Shown piece after piece: positions 1-9,333 of a stretch of 32,000 bases of DNA. The notes beneath the pieces are model-generated. The model had not been told where the DNA came from. It did not search any database and saw nothing but the letters and a program-made list of their open reading frames with translations. This DNA is from Nitrososphaerota archaeon (lineage in GTDB: Archaea; Thermoproteota; Nitrososphaeria; Nitrososphaerales; UBA57): positions 60,001-92,000 of the forward strand of contig VHBL01000002.1 in assembly GCA_016871995.1 (NCBI GenBank). Direction: 5' to 3'. The translations under genes were made by a program, and so were the position numbers. The stretch's first letter is position 1. Each line of letters opens with the position of its first letter.

Positions 1-1
1 A

Positions 2-355
2 CTATCTGGAGAGCTTGGAGCAATTATGATCTTCTTGGGTGTGGCCCGCGAAGAAGGAAGAAGTGGTAAGAAGGTTCATAAGCTCGTTATGGAATCTTAT
101 GAAGAGCACGCAAACAAAGCGATAGCCAGAATTTGCAGCGAAGTAAAGAGGAAGTCCAAGGTCTCTTTTGTGCTGATCTACCATTTGCTTGAAGAGTTTC
201 GCCCTGGTGAGCCAGTTGTGCTAGTAATTGTAGGAGGAGCAAGAAGGAAAGATGTTTTTTCTGCAATGGAAGAGGCGGTAAGGAGATATAAGACTGAACC
301 TGCACTGTTCAAGAAAGAAGTATACGTTAATGGTACGCATAAATGGATTCATTGA
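2..355 (+). CDS. moaE: Molybdopterin synthase catalytic subunit MoaE, 5' end outside window
   Basis: The frame is open from the window edge (LSGELGAIMIFLGVAREE...), so the ATG at 26 is probably internal. FLGVAR ... LIYHLLEEFRPGEPVVLVIVGGARRKDVFSAMEEAVRRYK...LFKKE fits the recalled MoaE pattern (F-G-x-R, HR-G-l-x-GE, v-v-v-a-hR-aF-a, lK-P-wKKE). Confidence 0.7.
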   Translation, partial: LSGELGAIMIFLGVAREEGRSGKKVHKLVMESYEEHANKAIARICSEVKRKSKVSFVLIYHLLEEFRPGEPVVLVIVGGARRKDVFSAMEEAVRRYKTEPALFKKEVYVNGTHKWIH

Positions 356-663
356 TTTACGATTTTGCTATATCTAGTGCATGGGTTATCTCAGGCATTA
401 TAAGTTTCTTGGCAATCTTCACGCGTTGGTAGATCCAGAAAGGCAATATATCGATTTTCTAGATATTACGTTTGGAACCACCCTTGGTATGATATGTGGA
501 TGGTTCCGCATTTTCAGCTCTTGATCTACATCATTTGCCAATCCTATGAATGAGTGGTATGCGTAGATCGCCCTTCCTTAATTGCTAAGGTTTACAGCTG
601 TTTGCCTTGGACATGCTATCGCATGGCCTAATCTTCTGGGCTGATAATTTACTGGTGAAATAA

Positions 664-790
664 TGCGGGGGGTGGGATTTGAACCCACGAACTCCTAACG
701 AGAAGGGATTACCCAGCAAGCCCATTTTGATCTTGAGTCCCTCGCGGTTGACCGGGCTTTGCGCGACAGTTCTCGTTTCGCTACCCCCGC
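664..790 (-). tRNA. tRNA-Leu (anticodon CAA) with two putative introns
   Basis: The minus strand reads GCGGGGG-TA...GTGGG-TTCAAAT-CCCAC-CCCCCGC-A, giving a 7-bp acceptor stem and a canonical T-arm. The anticodon arm is AGGGA-CTCAAG[~22 nt]A-TCCCT (anticodon CAA), and there is a long variable arm TCTCGTTAGGAG (type II tRNA). The 127-nt length requires a ~17-nt insertion next to the D-stem plus a ~22-nt insertion after position 37. Confidence 0.8.
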
Positions 791-815
791 ACAAGGTAGC
801 AGTCAGGAATCCCGC

Positions 816-823
816 AAATATAT
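816..823 (-). promoter_or_regulatory. TATA-like box upstream of tRNA-Leu
   Basis: Minus-strand ATATATTT is centred about 29 nt upstream of the tRNA 5' end at 790. This is typical archaeal TATA spacing. The same AT-rich block lies about 60 nt upstream of the thrB ATG on the other strand. Confidence 0.4.
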
Positions 824-881
824 GAATCGATACCTGCAAAGCCTTACCTTTATCAAGCATGATTTTCCCGCTACCAAATCG

Positions 882-1814
882 ATGCAGAAGATAACTGTAA
901 AAGGGCCTGCCTCAAGTGCAAATTTGGGCCCCGGCTTTGATACTTTCGCCATCGCCATCGATGGTATTTACGATACAGTTTCAATGACACTGGAAAAGCA
1001 AAAGGGCATAAGAATCAAAATAAAAAATGGGAGAATACCCTCAAAAGCAGAGGAAAATACGGGAGGGTTAGTGGCATCCAACATTTTTACCGAGTTTGGA
1101 ATTTCTGGAGGGTGCACGATCGAAATCCAAAAGGGAGTGCCTGCTGGATACGGCTTAGGGAGTTCTGCTGCAACAGCTTCCGCTGTAGCCTACGGACTTG
1201 ACAAGCTCCTCGACCTTAAATTGAACAGTTCAGAGCTGCTGGCTTTTGCAGCTAGTGGTGAAGTAGCTTCTGCTGGTGTTAGCCATTACGATAATGTTGC
1301 AGGTTCCTTGTTTGGAGGCTTTGTTGTAGTACGCTCTGCGGAATCTATTGACGTTGTTAGTTTTGCTCCTCCAAAGAACCTTGGCATTTGCATAGCAGTA
1401 CCAAAGATTTCCACGCCTCCAAAAAAGACGGGTAAGGCACGAGCAATGCTTCCAAAATCCGTGTCGCTTGTAGACATGATACACAATTTGTCCTCAGCAT
1501 CTATGATGGTTGCAGCGTTCGCTAAGGGGGATGTTGATTTGATAGGCAAAGCGATGTCCGACAAGATAGTAGAACCAGCAAGAGAATCACTGGTACCTGG
1601 TTATCAAGAGGTCAGGAGAATGACGCTCAAGGCAGGGGCATCTGGCACAGCGATAAGTGGCGCAGGTCCTTCTATGATAGCTTTCGTGAATCTGGACAAG
1701 GTAAAATCAGCTCGAGTTGCAGGCGCTATGAAAGACGGTTTTGCTGCAGCAAATGTAAATTCCGAAATCATTATCACGAAGATTGGTAAAGGAGCCAGCG
1801 TATTAAAACAATGA
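882..1814 (+). CDS. thrB: Homoserine kinase (GHMP kinase family)
   Basis: The ORF 759..1814 overlaps the tRNA, so the plausible start is the ATG at 882 (MQKITVKGPASSANLGPGFD, the typical ThrB N-terminus). The GHMP ATP-binding motif PAGYGLGSSAATASA is present. The stop overlaps the thrC start (ATGA at 1811-1814). Confidence 0.9.
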   Translation: MQKITVKGPASSANLGPGFDTFAIAIDGIYDTVSMTLEKQKGIRIKIKNGRIPSKAEENTGGLVASNIFTEFGISGGCTIEIQKGVPAGYGLGSSAATASAVAYGLDKLLDLKLNSSELLAFAASGEVASAGVSHYDNVAGSLFGGFVVVRSAESIDVVSFAPPKNLGICIAVPKISTPPKKTGKARAMLPKSVSLVDMIHNLSSASMMVAAFAKGDVDLIGKAMSDKIVEPARESLVPGYQEVRRMTLKAGASGTAISGAGPSMIAFVNLDKVKSARVAGAMKDGFAAANVNSEIIITKIGKGASVLKQ

Positions 1815-3037
1815 AACTCAAGTGCATAAGCTGTTCCAGAGAATATTCCACTGATGAGATGATGTACTACTGCAGATTTTGTAACGATTTACTGGAAGTT
1901 GTTTATGTTAAATCTGAGCTTGAAAAGAAAGCCAATTCGTCAGATTGGAGGAAGCTCCCTCTCTCCGTATGGCGCTATCATCCCTTCCTGCCTTTCAATG
2001 ATGGGGCGACTCGAATTACACTAAACGAGGGAGGAACAGGCTTGCACAGATGCGAGAAACTTGCAGCATTTCTTGGCCTGAAGAGTATTTACATAAAAAA
2101 TGAAGGAGAAAACCCTACAGGTTCTTTCAAGGACAGAGGAATGACTGTTGGAGTTTCAAAGGCTCTAGAATTGGGAGTTTCATGGGTAATCTGCGCCTCT
2201 ACGGGCAATACCTCTGCTTCTCTCTCAGCATACGCCGCTCGTGCAGGACTCAAAAGAATAGTTTTGATACCATCTGGCAAAGTTGCTTATGGGAAACTTG
2301 CGCAGGCTATGATGTGCGGTGCCCAAGTAGTGCAGGTAAAGGGAAACTTTGACGAGGCTCTAGAGATAGTGATGGATCTGGCCGAGAGATACAAGGAAGT
2401 ATACCTGCTAAATTCTGTGAACCCTTTCCGATTGGAGGGTCAAAAGACCCTAGCATTCGAATTATGCGAACAATTAGGCCACGTACCAGATTGGATAGTA
2501 GTGCCAGTAGGTAATGCTGGAAACATTAGCGCTATCTGGAAAGGCATGCAGGAGTTCAAGTATCTGGGCTATATCAATAAACTGCCAAGGATGGTCGGGG
2601 TTCAGGCAGCAGGAGCGGCACCAATAGCAGAAGCCTTTGAAAGAGGTTCCTCAGAAGTCAAGTTTGTTGAAAAGCCAGAAACTATAGCAACTGCAATAAG
2701 GATTGGAGTTCCGCAGAGCTGGAAGAAGGCCCTGAAGGCTATTCACGATTCAAACGGATTAGCGACGAAGGTCACTGATGAAGAAATACTCAGCGCCCAA
2801 GGCTCACTGGCAAAGCTGGAGGGTATTTTTGTCGAACCTGCGAGTGCCACACCTGTGGCTGCTGTAAGGAACCTTGTTAGGAATGGCACGATAAAGAAGG
2901 AGGATGAGGTTGTATGCGTAGCAACAGGTCACGGCCTGAAAGATCCAGACGTCATCACAAAGTTTTTCGAGAAACCCATAGAGGTCGAAGCGGACATCAA
3001 GGCACTTGAAAGTATGCTTGGCCTATCGAGGTCTTGA
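1811..3037 (+). CDS. thrC: Threonine synthase with N-terminal Cys4 zinc-ribbon
   Basis: The PLP-lysine motif GENPTGSFKDRGM and the fold-type II PLP pattern (ASTGNTSAS, PVGNAGNISA) are present. The N-terminus reads KCISCSREY...YYCRFCND. The gene is translationally coupled to thrB. Confidence 0.9.
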   Translation: MKLKCISCSREYSTDEMMYYCRFCNDLLEVVYVKSELEKKANSSDWRKLPLSVWRYHPFLPFNDGATRITLNEGGTGLHRCEKLAAFLGLKSIYIKNEGENPTGSFKDRGMTVGVSKALELGVSWVICASTGNTSASLSAYAARAGLKRIVLIPSGKVAYGKLAQAMMCGAQVVQVKGNFDEALEIVMDLAERYKEVYLLNSVNPFRLEGQKTLAFELCEQLGHVPDWIVVPVGNAGNISAIWKGMQEFKYLGYINKLPRMVGVQAAGAAPIAEAFERGSSEVKFVEKPETIATAIRIGVPQSWKKALKAIHDSNGLATKVTDEEILSAQGSLAKLEGIFVEPASATPVAAVRNLVRNGTIKKEDEVVCVATGHGLKDPDVITKFFEKPIEVEADIKALESMLGLSRS

Positions 3038-3078
3038 GCACTACCATTGTTTTAGGAAGCCGAACTGGAGTAGGTTAA

Positions 3079-3846
3079 TTGAACAGCCACGAAGTATCTT
3101 TTCTTGAACTGGTAGCTTCGCTGGATATCGCATCGCTCCATCCTGGTGGCCGTAAAGCTACCAAGACGCTTCTTGATAGCCTCGAAGTTGTTGCAGACGA
3201 TAAATTGTTAGATGTTGGGTGCGGAACTGGTAGGGATTTGGTAGAACTGGTTCAAGACAAGCGATGCCGGGCAGTAGGGATAGACCGCAGCGAAAAGATG
3301 GTCAGAATGGCACAAAAGAGAGTCAAAAAACAAAACATGCAAGATAGAATCACAATACTGAAGGGAGACATCCAAAACCTTCCGTTTACTAATTCATGCT
3401 TTGATATAGTATATTCACAATCCGTTTTGTTGCAGGTCGACAAAATCAGGGCGATAGAAGAACTTGCGAGGGTGCTAAAAACAGGAGGAAGGTACGGCTC
3501 GTTGGAATTTGCATGGAGTGATGAGTCAGATAAATCTCTGATGCAAAGGATAACTGAGCTCACGGGCGAACATTTTGGCCCGCTAAACCACGAAGAGTGG
3601 AAAAACACTCACGGTAAAGCAGGGCTGAAGGAATATTATTCGTTTTTTACAAAAAAGTCCGTGGTACCCTATCCATTAAGCGAAATCATAGCCACTGAAG
3701 GGTTGATGAACACCCTGATAGGCGCACTACGGTTCGCAACTCTACCATCAAAGACTCGAAAAAGGATAAGGCACCAGACACAGTATATGCGATGGATAAA
3801 GGAAAGCGGAAAACTAGGTTACGCGATATACTGCTACAGAAAATAA
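3079..3846 (+). CDS. Class I SAM-dependent methyltransferase (substrate unknown)
   Basis: Motif I LLDVGCGTGRD is followed by an acidic loop (VGIDRSEKM), post-I/II motifs (GDIQNLPF, FDIVYS) and LKTGGR. The start is TTG at 3079. Confidence 0.75.
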   Translation: MNSHEVSFLELVASLDIASLHPGGRKATKTLLDSLEVVADDKLLDVGCGTGRDLVELVQDKRCRAVGIDRSEKMVRMAQKRVKKQNMQDRITILKGDIQNLPFTNSCFDIVYSQSVLLQVDKIRAIEELARVLKTGGRYGSLEFAWSDESDKSLMQRITELTGEHFGPLNHEEWKNTHGKAGLKEYYSFFTKKSVVPYPLSEIIATEGLMNTLIGALRFATLPSKTRKRIRHQTQYMRWIKESGKLGYAIYCYRK

Positions 3847-3885
3847 TCGCAAGCCATATATCCTATTACCACTGATTAGTAGTTT

Positions 3886-5145
3886 ATGCAGACCAATTCA
3901 AAACTTGCCGCGTCAATAATCGTCACAACTCTTGTAGTTTCGCTGGTCTGGTATGCCGCTATACCCACGCTTACACCAAAGTCTGCTCAAGAGGTTCCTG
4001 TACCGGGACCAGAGCAGATCAGAATGATAAAAATTGGAGGAACGTTGCCTCTTTCAGGACAGTTTTCACCAGTAGCAGGAACATTCAACAAGCTGTATGG
4101 CGCTTGGGCAGACCAAATCAACGCCAGAGGCGGCTTGTATGTGGCGGAATACAACAAAAGATTACCAGTTCAAGTAATAGTATATGATGATCAAAGCGAT
4201 GCCGCAACAGCAACACGGCTCTATGAAAAATTGATCTCGGAAGACAAAGTTGACATTTTAATTGGTCCTTATTCAAGCACTCTCACCGTTCCGCTCGTTG
4301 CTGTAGCTACAAGAAACAGCATCCCTCTAGTTGCAACTTCTGCAGGAGCTCCTCCCATATTCAACCAGGGATCTGACTGGGTCTTCGTCGGGATTGATCT
4401 AATTACCAACTGGCCAAAGACATATTTTGACATGGTGAGGGCAAAAGGACTGGCCAAGACTATTGGGTTTGTTGCTACCGATGAACCTTTCGGCCAAGGT
4501 ATCCTTGCAGGTGGCAAGACGTTCGCTCCTTCAGCAGGGCTCACAACAGTTAGCGAAAATATCGTACCAGTGGGTACTAAGGATTTCACCGCAACAATAG
4601 CTAAGCTCAAGGGAACAAACCCTGACATTGTTTTTGTGGCAGCACTAGCTCCTGATGCAGCAACCTTCGTTAAGCAGGCGAAGGAGCAAGGGTTGAAGCC
4701 AAGAGAATTTCACGTGCCTCAGCTGGTAAAAGGTTTCATCGAATCCGTTGGAATTGACTCTGCAAATTATGTTACTGGAGAATGGTACTGGACTGAGGAC
4801 ATCCCACTAGGGGGTGTCTGGGGCAAAGAGTTGTTCACTAGCGCAATGGCAAAAGCAGGCATCGCAAATGTGGACTATCCATGGGCAGCAGTGCATTACT
4901 ATGGTTTAGAGATAATCGGAGCTGCAATCGAACGCACAGGTACACTCGATAAAGTAAAATTGCGGGATGGACTGAAGAATTTATCAATTCCAACGATTAG
5001 TGGGGAGGTTCACTTCAAGAGCTTCGGCAACTTCAAAGGTGTAGGAACACTGGTGCCGTTCCCTGTGCAGATGCAAAATGGCAGGGTTGTTGTAGTCTGG
5101 CCTGCAGAAATCAAGAAATCCGACTATGTGTATCCCGCGCCTTAA
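3886..5145 (+). CDS. ABC transporter substrate-binding protein, Leu/Ile/Val-binding (type 1 PBP) family, N-terminally anchored
   Basis: An N-terminal hydrophobic anchor (AASIIVTTLVVSLVWYAAI) is followed by IKIGGTLPLSGQFSPVAGTF...WADQINARGGL, the typical family opening. It is the first gene of a Liv-type operon. Confidence 0.8.
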   Translation: MQTNSKLAASIIVTTLVVSLVWYAAIPTLTPKSAQEVPVPGPEQIRMIKIGGTLPLSGQFSPVAGTFNKLYGAWADQINARGGLYVAEYNKRLPVQVIVYDDQSDAATATRLYEKLISEDKVDILIGPYSSTLTVPLVAVATRNSIPLVATSAGAPPIFNQGSDWVFVGIDLITNWPKTYFDMVRAKGLAKTIGFVATDEPFGQGILAGGKTFAPSAGLTTVSENIVPVGTKDFTATIAKLKGTNPDIVFVAALAPDAATFVKQAKEQGLKPREFHVPQLVKGFIESVGIDSANYVTGEWYWTEDIPLGGVWGKELFTSAMAKAGIANVDYPWAAVHYYGLEIIGAAIERTGTLDKVKLRDGLKNLSIPTISGEVHFKSFGNFKGVGTLVPFPVQMQNGRVVVVWPAEIKKSDYVYPAP

Positions 5146-5148
5146 GCA

Positions 5149-6015
5149 ATGACAATTGCTCCCCTTGCAGAGCTCTTAATTTTCGGCATTCTCTTAGGCG
5201 GTATCTATGGCCTATCTGCTATAGGTCTGACACTGATCTTCGGCGTTGCAAGGGTTCTGAACCTTGCTCATGGAGCTTTTGCAGTCATAGCAGCGGCAGT
5301 TTCCTATGTTATTGTTCAGGCTACAGGACAGAACCTATTTTTTGTTGCCATGCTGACAGTCCCATTATTCTTTGCTACTGGCTACGCATATGAAAAACTA
5401 CTGATTCATAAGCTGCTACCTCTAAGCAGGGAACGTAGAATCGAGGCGTTAATACTTGGCACTCTTGGCTCCGCTCTTGCAGCAGAATCAATTGCATCAA
5501 TAATAGTTCCGCGGAATTTTGGCCTTAACTACCAACTGCCACCAATTTCATTAGGCGAAATCACAGTTTCTGCACTTAGGCTCTTGCTCTTGGTTATAGT
5601 TGCTGTGACGACTATCACCCTTCATCTCATAATTTACAAAACATGGTATGGTAAAGCTCTCCGAGCGACTATAGACGACGCAGAGGCAGCACAGCTAATG
5701 GGGGTAAACTTCGATAGGGTTGCTTCTGTAACATTTGGTCTTGGCACAGCGCTGTCGGCTCTCGGTGGAATACTATTGCTTCTTGTTTCCAACATTTCCC
5801 CGACTATGGGGTTCCCCGTAACTCTGAAAGTCCTTACAATCATAATTCTTGGAGGTCTTGGCAGCGTCCTCGGTTCGCTTGCAGCTGCAATCGTCTTGGG
5901 CCTAAGCGAAATATTTACGGGTTTTTTCTTCGATACTGCATGGGCCAATTCTACAAGTCTTGTAGTGCTCCTTATAGTTCTGCTCATAAAGTCTGAGGGA
6001 TTGTTGAAGAGGTAA
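5149..6015 (+). CDS. livH: Branched-chain amino acid ABC transporter permease (LivH-like)
   Basis: Polytopic membrane protein of 288 aa. It contains the LivH-type pattern YGKALRATIDDAEAAQLMGVN and a C-terminal GGLGSVLGSLAAAIVLG. Confidence 0.8.
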   Translation: MTIAPLAELLIFGILLGGIYGLSAIGLTLIFGVARVLNLAHGAFAVIAAAVSYVIVQATGQNLFFVAMLTVPLFFATGYAYEKLLIHKLLPLSRERRIEALILGTLGSALAAESIASIIVPRNFGLNYQLPPISLGEITVSALRLLLLVIVAVTTITLHLIIYKTWYGKALRATIDDAEAAQLMGVNFDRVASVTFGLGTALSALGGILLLLVSNISPTMGFPVTLKVLTIIILGGLGSVLGSLAAAIVLGLSEIFTGFFFDTAWANSTSLVVLLIVLLIKSEGLLKR

Positions 6016-6017
6016 TC

Positions 6018-6962
6018 TTGATGCAAGTAAGAGAAATCATTCTATCGACAATTGTTTTAGCGACGATGTTACCACTTCCATTCCTTTCAAGTTCGTACAT
6101 AGTCTTTCTGATGAGTGGCATAATGGTTCTTGCACTTTGCTCACTATCATTCAATCTCGTGTACGCAAATACAGGTTATTTGAATCTTGGAAACTCTGTG
6201 CCATTTGGAGTTGGCGCATACACATTTGCCTCTACTCTGAGTTATGATTGGCCGCTTCCTCTAGTTTTGGTCGCCTCATTATCGGCAATTTTGATATCAG
6301 GAGCTCTTTCTGGAATATTTATTATAAGGCTAAAGGGCGCATATTATGCAATAGGAACTCTGGCGCTCGTCTTATTTGCGCAGGCTCTTGCATACAATTT
6401 GGGATGGCTTACAGGAGGTTATCAAGGTATAATTGTCAATGTTGCAGGAGGTTCCGTATATTCAGCATACTTCATTCTTGCATTCCTTAACACTTTATTG
6501 CTCTTGCTGACTTCAGCAATACGAAAATCCTCTTTTGGTTATAGAATAAGGAGCATAAAAGGCAACGAACTTGCAGCGAGGACATTTGGGATTAATACAA
6601 CGACGAACAAGTTTATGGTCCTCTTAGTAAGTTCAGTGTTTGTTGGAATTGCTGGGATTCTGTCCACATTTTACAACGGCTTTGTGACGCCAGAGAGTTC
6701 GTTCGGAATTTCAATTACTTTCCTACCAATCATAGCGGCAATTCTATTGGGCTCTTCCAGCATAGCAGGGCCATTAATTGGCGTTCTGATAATTACCCTT
6801 GCATCAGAAATATTTGTAACGACAACCCCCCAGCTCACTCATTTGGTGCTTGGGATTTTGTTGATATTGGTTGCTTTATACCAGAAAAACATTCCCAGCC
6901 TAAGAAATTCAAGGTTGCTAAAAGGCAAACTAGGTGTAAGTGGTGCAAATTCTAAGAATTGA
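6018..6962 (+). CDS. livM: Branched-chain amino acid ABC transporter permease (LivM-like)
   Basis: Polytopic membrane protein containing FGYRIRSIKGNELAARTFGIN (LivM-type loop). TTG at 6018 is immediately followed by ATG at 6021. The position in the operon fits. Confidence 0.75.
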   Translation: MMQVREIILSTIVLATMLPLPFLSSSYIVFLMSGIMVLALCSLSFNLVYANTGYLNLGNSVPFGVGAYTFASTLSYDWPLPLVLVASLSAILISGALSGIFIIRLKGAYYAIGTLALVLFAQALAYNLGWLTGGYQGIIVNVAGGSVYSAYFILAFLNTLLLLLTSAIRKSSFGYRIRSIKGNELAARTFGINTTTNKFMVLLVSSVFVGIAGILSTFYNGFVTPESSFGISITFLPIIAAILLGSSSIAGPLIGVLIITLASEIFVTTTPQLTHLVLGILLILVALYQKNIPSLRNSRLLKGKLGVSGANSKN

Positions 6963-7662
6963 GAATCTGTCGCACGCATTCGGACAGCTTAAAGTTCTTG
7001 AAGATGTAAATATAGATCTTGATCATGGCAAGATAACTGCTATAATAGGACCAAATGGTTCGGGAAAATCTACGCTGTTCAACCTGATAAGTGGGGTTCT
7101 TCGGCCACAAAAAGGCAAGATACGGTTAAATGGGACTGACGTTGTAGGCATGGAACCGTATATCATTGCTAGAAGAGGCATATTTAGGACGTTTCAGGAT
7201 CCGCAACCCTTCTACAATATGAGCGTGTTGGAAAACGTCAAGACTGCATCGCTTCTAAACGGCACTGCATCTGGAGAAGGACTATTAGACATTCTTGCAC
7301 TTTGCAATCTTGAAAACGAAGCAAACACGGACGCTGCAGACCTAAGCTTTGCAAACCTTCGATTTCTTGAATTAGCTAGAGTTATGGCGGCGAAACCCAA
7401 ATTGCTGCTTGCAGACGAACCCTTTTCAGGTCTTAGTACTTCGGAAATAAAACTAGCATCAGATTTGCTGGCTAAGATTCGCGATCAATTTAAAGCTTCA
7501 ATTTTGATGACCGGTCATCTAGTAGGACATTTAGCAAATGCCGCACAAGATTTCATAGTTCTACATAGAGGGAAAGTAATAGCTAGAGGCTCAGTTGATC
7601 AAGTTCGCAAAGACCCGGCCGTGCAGGAAACCTACCTAGGGAAAGACAATGCTGAAGATTAA
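6940..7662 (+). CDS. livG: ABC transporter ATP-binding protein (LivG-like)
   Basis: Walker A GPNGSGKST and Walker B LLLADEP are present, and the C-terminal PAVQETYLG is typical of LivG. The start is GTG, overlapping the livM end. Confidence 0.8.
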   Translation: MVQILRIENLSHAFGQLKVLEDVNIDLDHGKITAIIGPNGSGKSTLFNLISGVLRPQKGKIRLNGTDVVGMEPYIIARRGIFRTFQDPQPFYNMSVLENVKTASLLNGTASGEGLLDILALCNLENEANTDAADLSFANLRFLELARVMAAKPKLLLADEPFSGLSTSEIKLASDLLAKIRDQFKASILMTGHLVGHLANAAQDFIVLHRGKVIARGSVDQVRKDPAVQETYLGKDNAED

Positions 7663-8350
7663 TGATATAACCGTAGCCAGAAACAATAACACTATACTCT
7701 CTAATTTATCGCTCAATATTGGTAAGAATGAGATAGTAGCAATTTTTGGGCATAACGGAGCTGGCAAGTCGAGCCTTTTCAAGACAATCTGCGGTCTTGT
7801 AAAGCAGTCACAGGGTTCGATTTCACTTGACGATGTTGTAATTGATAATATGAAACCAAACCAAAGAGCAGAACTCGGCATAATACAGGTTCAGGAAGGT
7901 AGCAGGATTTTTTCCTCCATGACAGTTTTAGAAAACTTAGAGCTCGGCGCCTTCAGAAATGTTGCAAGGAGAAATATGGAAGAAAACCTGAAAGAGATCT
8001 TTAGAATCTTCCCAAAACTAGATGAAAGGAAAGACCAGAAGGCTGGAACTCTAAGTGGGGGAGAGAAGCAGATTCTTGCCATAGCCAGAGGTTTGATGTC
8101 AGAACCGAAACTACTAATGCTCGACGAACCTTCGCTGGGTCTCGCACCAATAAACAAACAGCAAATATTCACTACGGTAAAGGATATGGGCAGTGGGTTT
8201 GCAACATTGCTAATTGAACAGGATATTTTAGGAGCTTTGAAGATTTCAGATCGGGCAATTTTTATGCGAGAAGGCAGAATTATGTATGAACGCTCCAGCA
8301 ACGAATTGTTAAAAGATCGCCAGACTATTCGCGACCTAATGGAGCTCTGA
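7649..8350 (+). CDS. livF: ABC transporter ATP-binding protein (LivF-like)
   Basis: Walker A GHNGAGKSS, signature LSGGEKQILAIARGL and Walker B LLMLDEPSLGLAP are present. It overlaps the livG end. Confidence 0.8.
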   Translation: MLKINDITVARNNNTILSNLSLNIGKNEIVAIFGHNGAGKSSLFKTICGLVKQSQGSISLDDVVIDNMKPNQRAELGIIQVQEGSRIFSSMTVLENLELGAFRNVARRNMEENLKEIFRIFPKLDERKDQKAGTLSGGEKQILAIARGLMSEPKLLMLDEPSLGLAPINKQQIFTTVKDMGSGFATLLIEQDILGALKISDRAIFMREGRIMYERSSNELLKDRQTIRDLMEL

Positions 8351-8415
8351 CAGAGCCAGTCCCGAAACCCTTAATATCTTGCTCTAGGGGCTGTGCCATC
8401 TAAAGAGGAACTGGA

Positions 8416-9333
8416 TTGTCAGCAGTAGCCATTGAGGCAAAAAATGTTATCAAACAATACGGTTCATTCAGGGCTGTAGACGATCTCACCATCGACATCG
8501 AAAAGGGCGGAGTAGTAGCGCTTCTTGGTCCTAACGGCGCTGGCAAGTCAACATTCCTCAAATGCATTCTTGGTCTAATAGGTTTCCGTGGAGATATTTC
8601 GGTGAATGGAATCTCCGTGCATGAAAACGGGAAAGAAGCACGAAAGTTTGTCGGTTATGTTCCCCAAAATCCTTCGCTATACGAGGGAATAAGCGTCGAA
8701 GAAACTTTGAAGTTCTACGCAGATGTACGTGGTACTCCCCATGGAAAGATACGTGAATTATTGGAATTTGTGGGTCTTGATCTATGGGGAAGAGCTAAGG
8801 TCACAGCATTGTCTATGGGTATGAAGCAGAGACTGATGCTGGCAACGGCATTGCTTGCCGATCCTCCATTACTTTTGCTCGATGAACCAACAGCAAACCT
8901 CGATATTCGAAGGCAGCTCGAGTTCAGAAGTCTTCTAAACACGCTCATAGGGCAGGGAAAGACTGTTGTATTCACTACGCACATCTTGGGTGACGTCACC
9001 GAATTGACTAGGAACATACTTGTACTCAACAAAGGAAAACTGATAGCAACTGGCTCTGTAGAGCAACTGATGAAGCAGCTCGACCTTAACGCTCATCTAT
9101 ACATACTATTGGAAGATTTTGCATCGCAGAAAGCAAGGGACATCATAGTCAACTCGGGCGGAAGAGACATTACAGAAGAAAACGGTTGGATTGTTGCTAC
9201 ATGCGACCCCGAAAAGAAACTCGGAATTCTGAATTCGTTAAGAGATGCAGGTTACAAGATAAAAGACTTTAAGGTGGAGGATCCGAATCTGGAAACTGCC
9301 TTCCTCAGGTTAACTGGTGATACAAATGCCTAG
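8416..9333 (+). CDS. ABC transporter ATP-binding protein (ABC-2 / NosF-like subfamily)
   Basis: Walker A GPNGAGKST, signature LSMGMKQRLMLATAL and Walker B LLLLDEPTANLD are present. The start is TTG. The gene is coupled to the downstream ABC-2 permease. Confidence 0.8.
   Translation: MSAVAIEAKNVIKQYGSFRAVDDLTIDIEKGGVVALLGPNGAGKSTFLKCILGLIGFRGDISVNGISVHENGKEARKFVGYVPQNPSLYEGISVEETLKFYADVRGTPHGKIRELLEFVGLDLWGRAKVTALSMGMKQRLMLATALLADPPLLLLDEPTANLDIRRQLEFRSLLNTLIGQGKTVVFTTHILGDVTELTRNILVLNKGKLIATGSVEQLMKQLDLNAHLYILLEDFASQKARDIIVNSGGRDITEENGWIVATCDPEKKLGILNSLRDAGYKIKDFKVEDPNLETAFLRLTGDTNA

Noticed and set aside
360-660. Minus-strand frame with a TTG-start ORF (TTG at 554-552, stop TGA at 431-429; frame open from 596; ...GLANDVDQELKMRNHPHIIPRVVPNVISRKSIYCLSGSTNA) between moaE and tRNA-Leu
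   Set aside because: About 40-55 codons with only a TTG start and no motif recognised. It cannot be supported as a gene.
585-860. Track ORF 585..860 (-) and the 5' extension of ORF 759..1814
   Set aside because: Both overlap the tRNA-Leu gene. The thrB N-terminal consensus begins at the ATG at 882.
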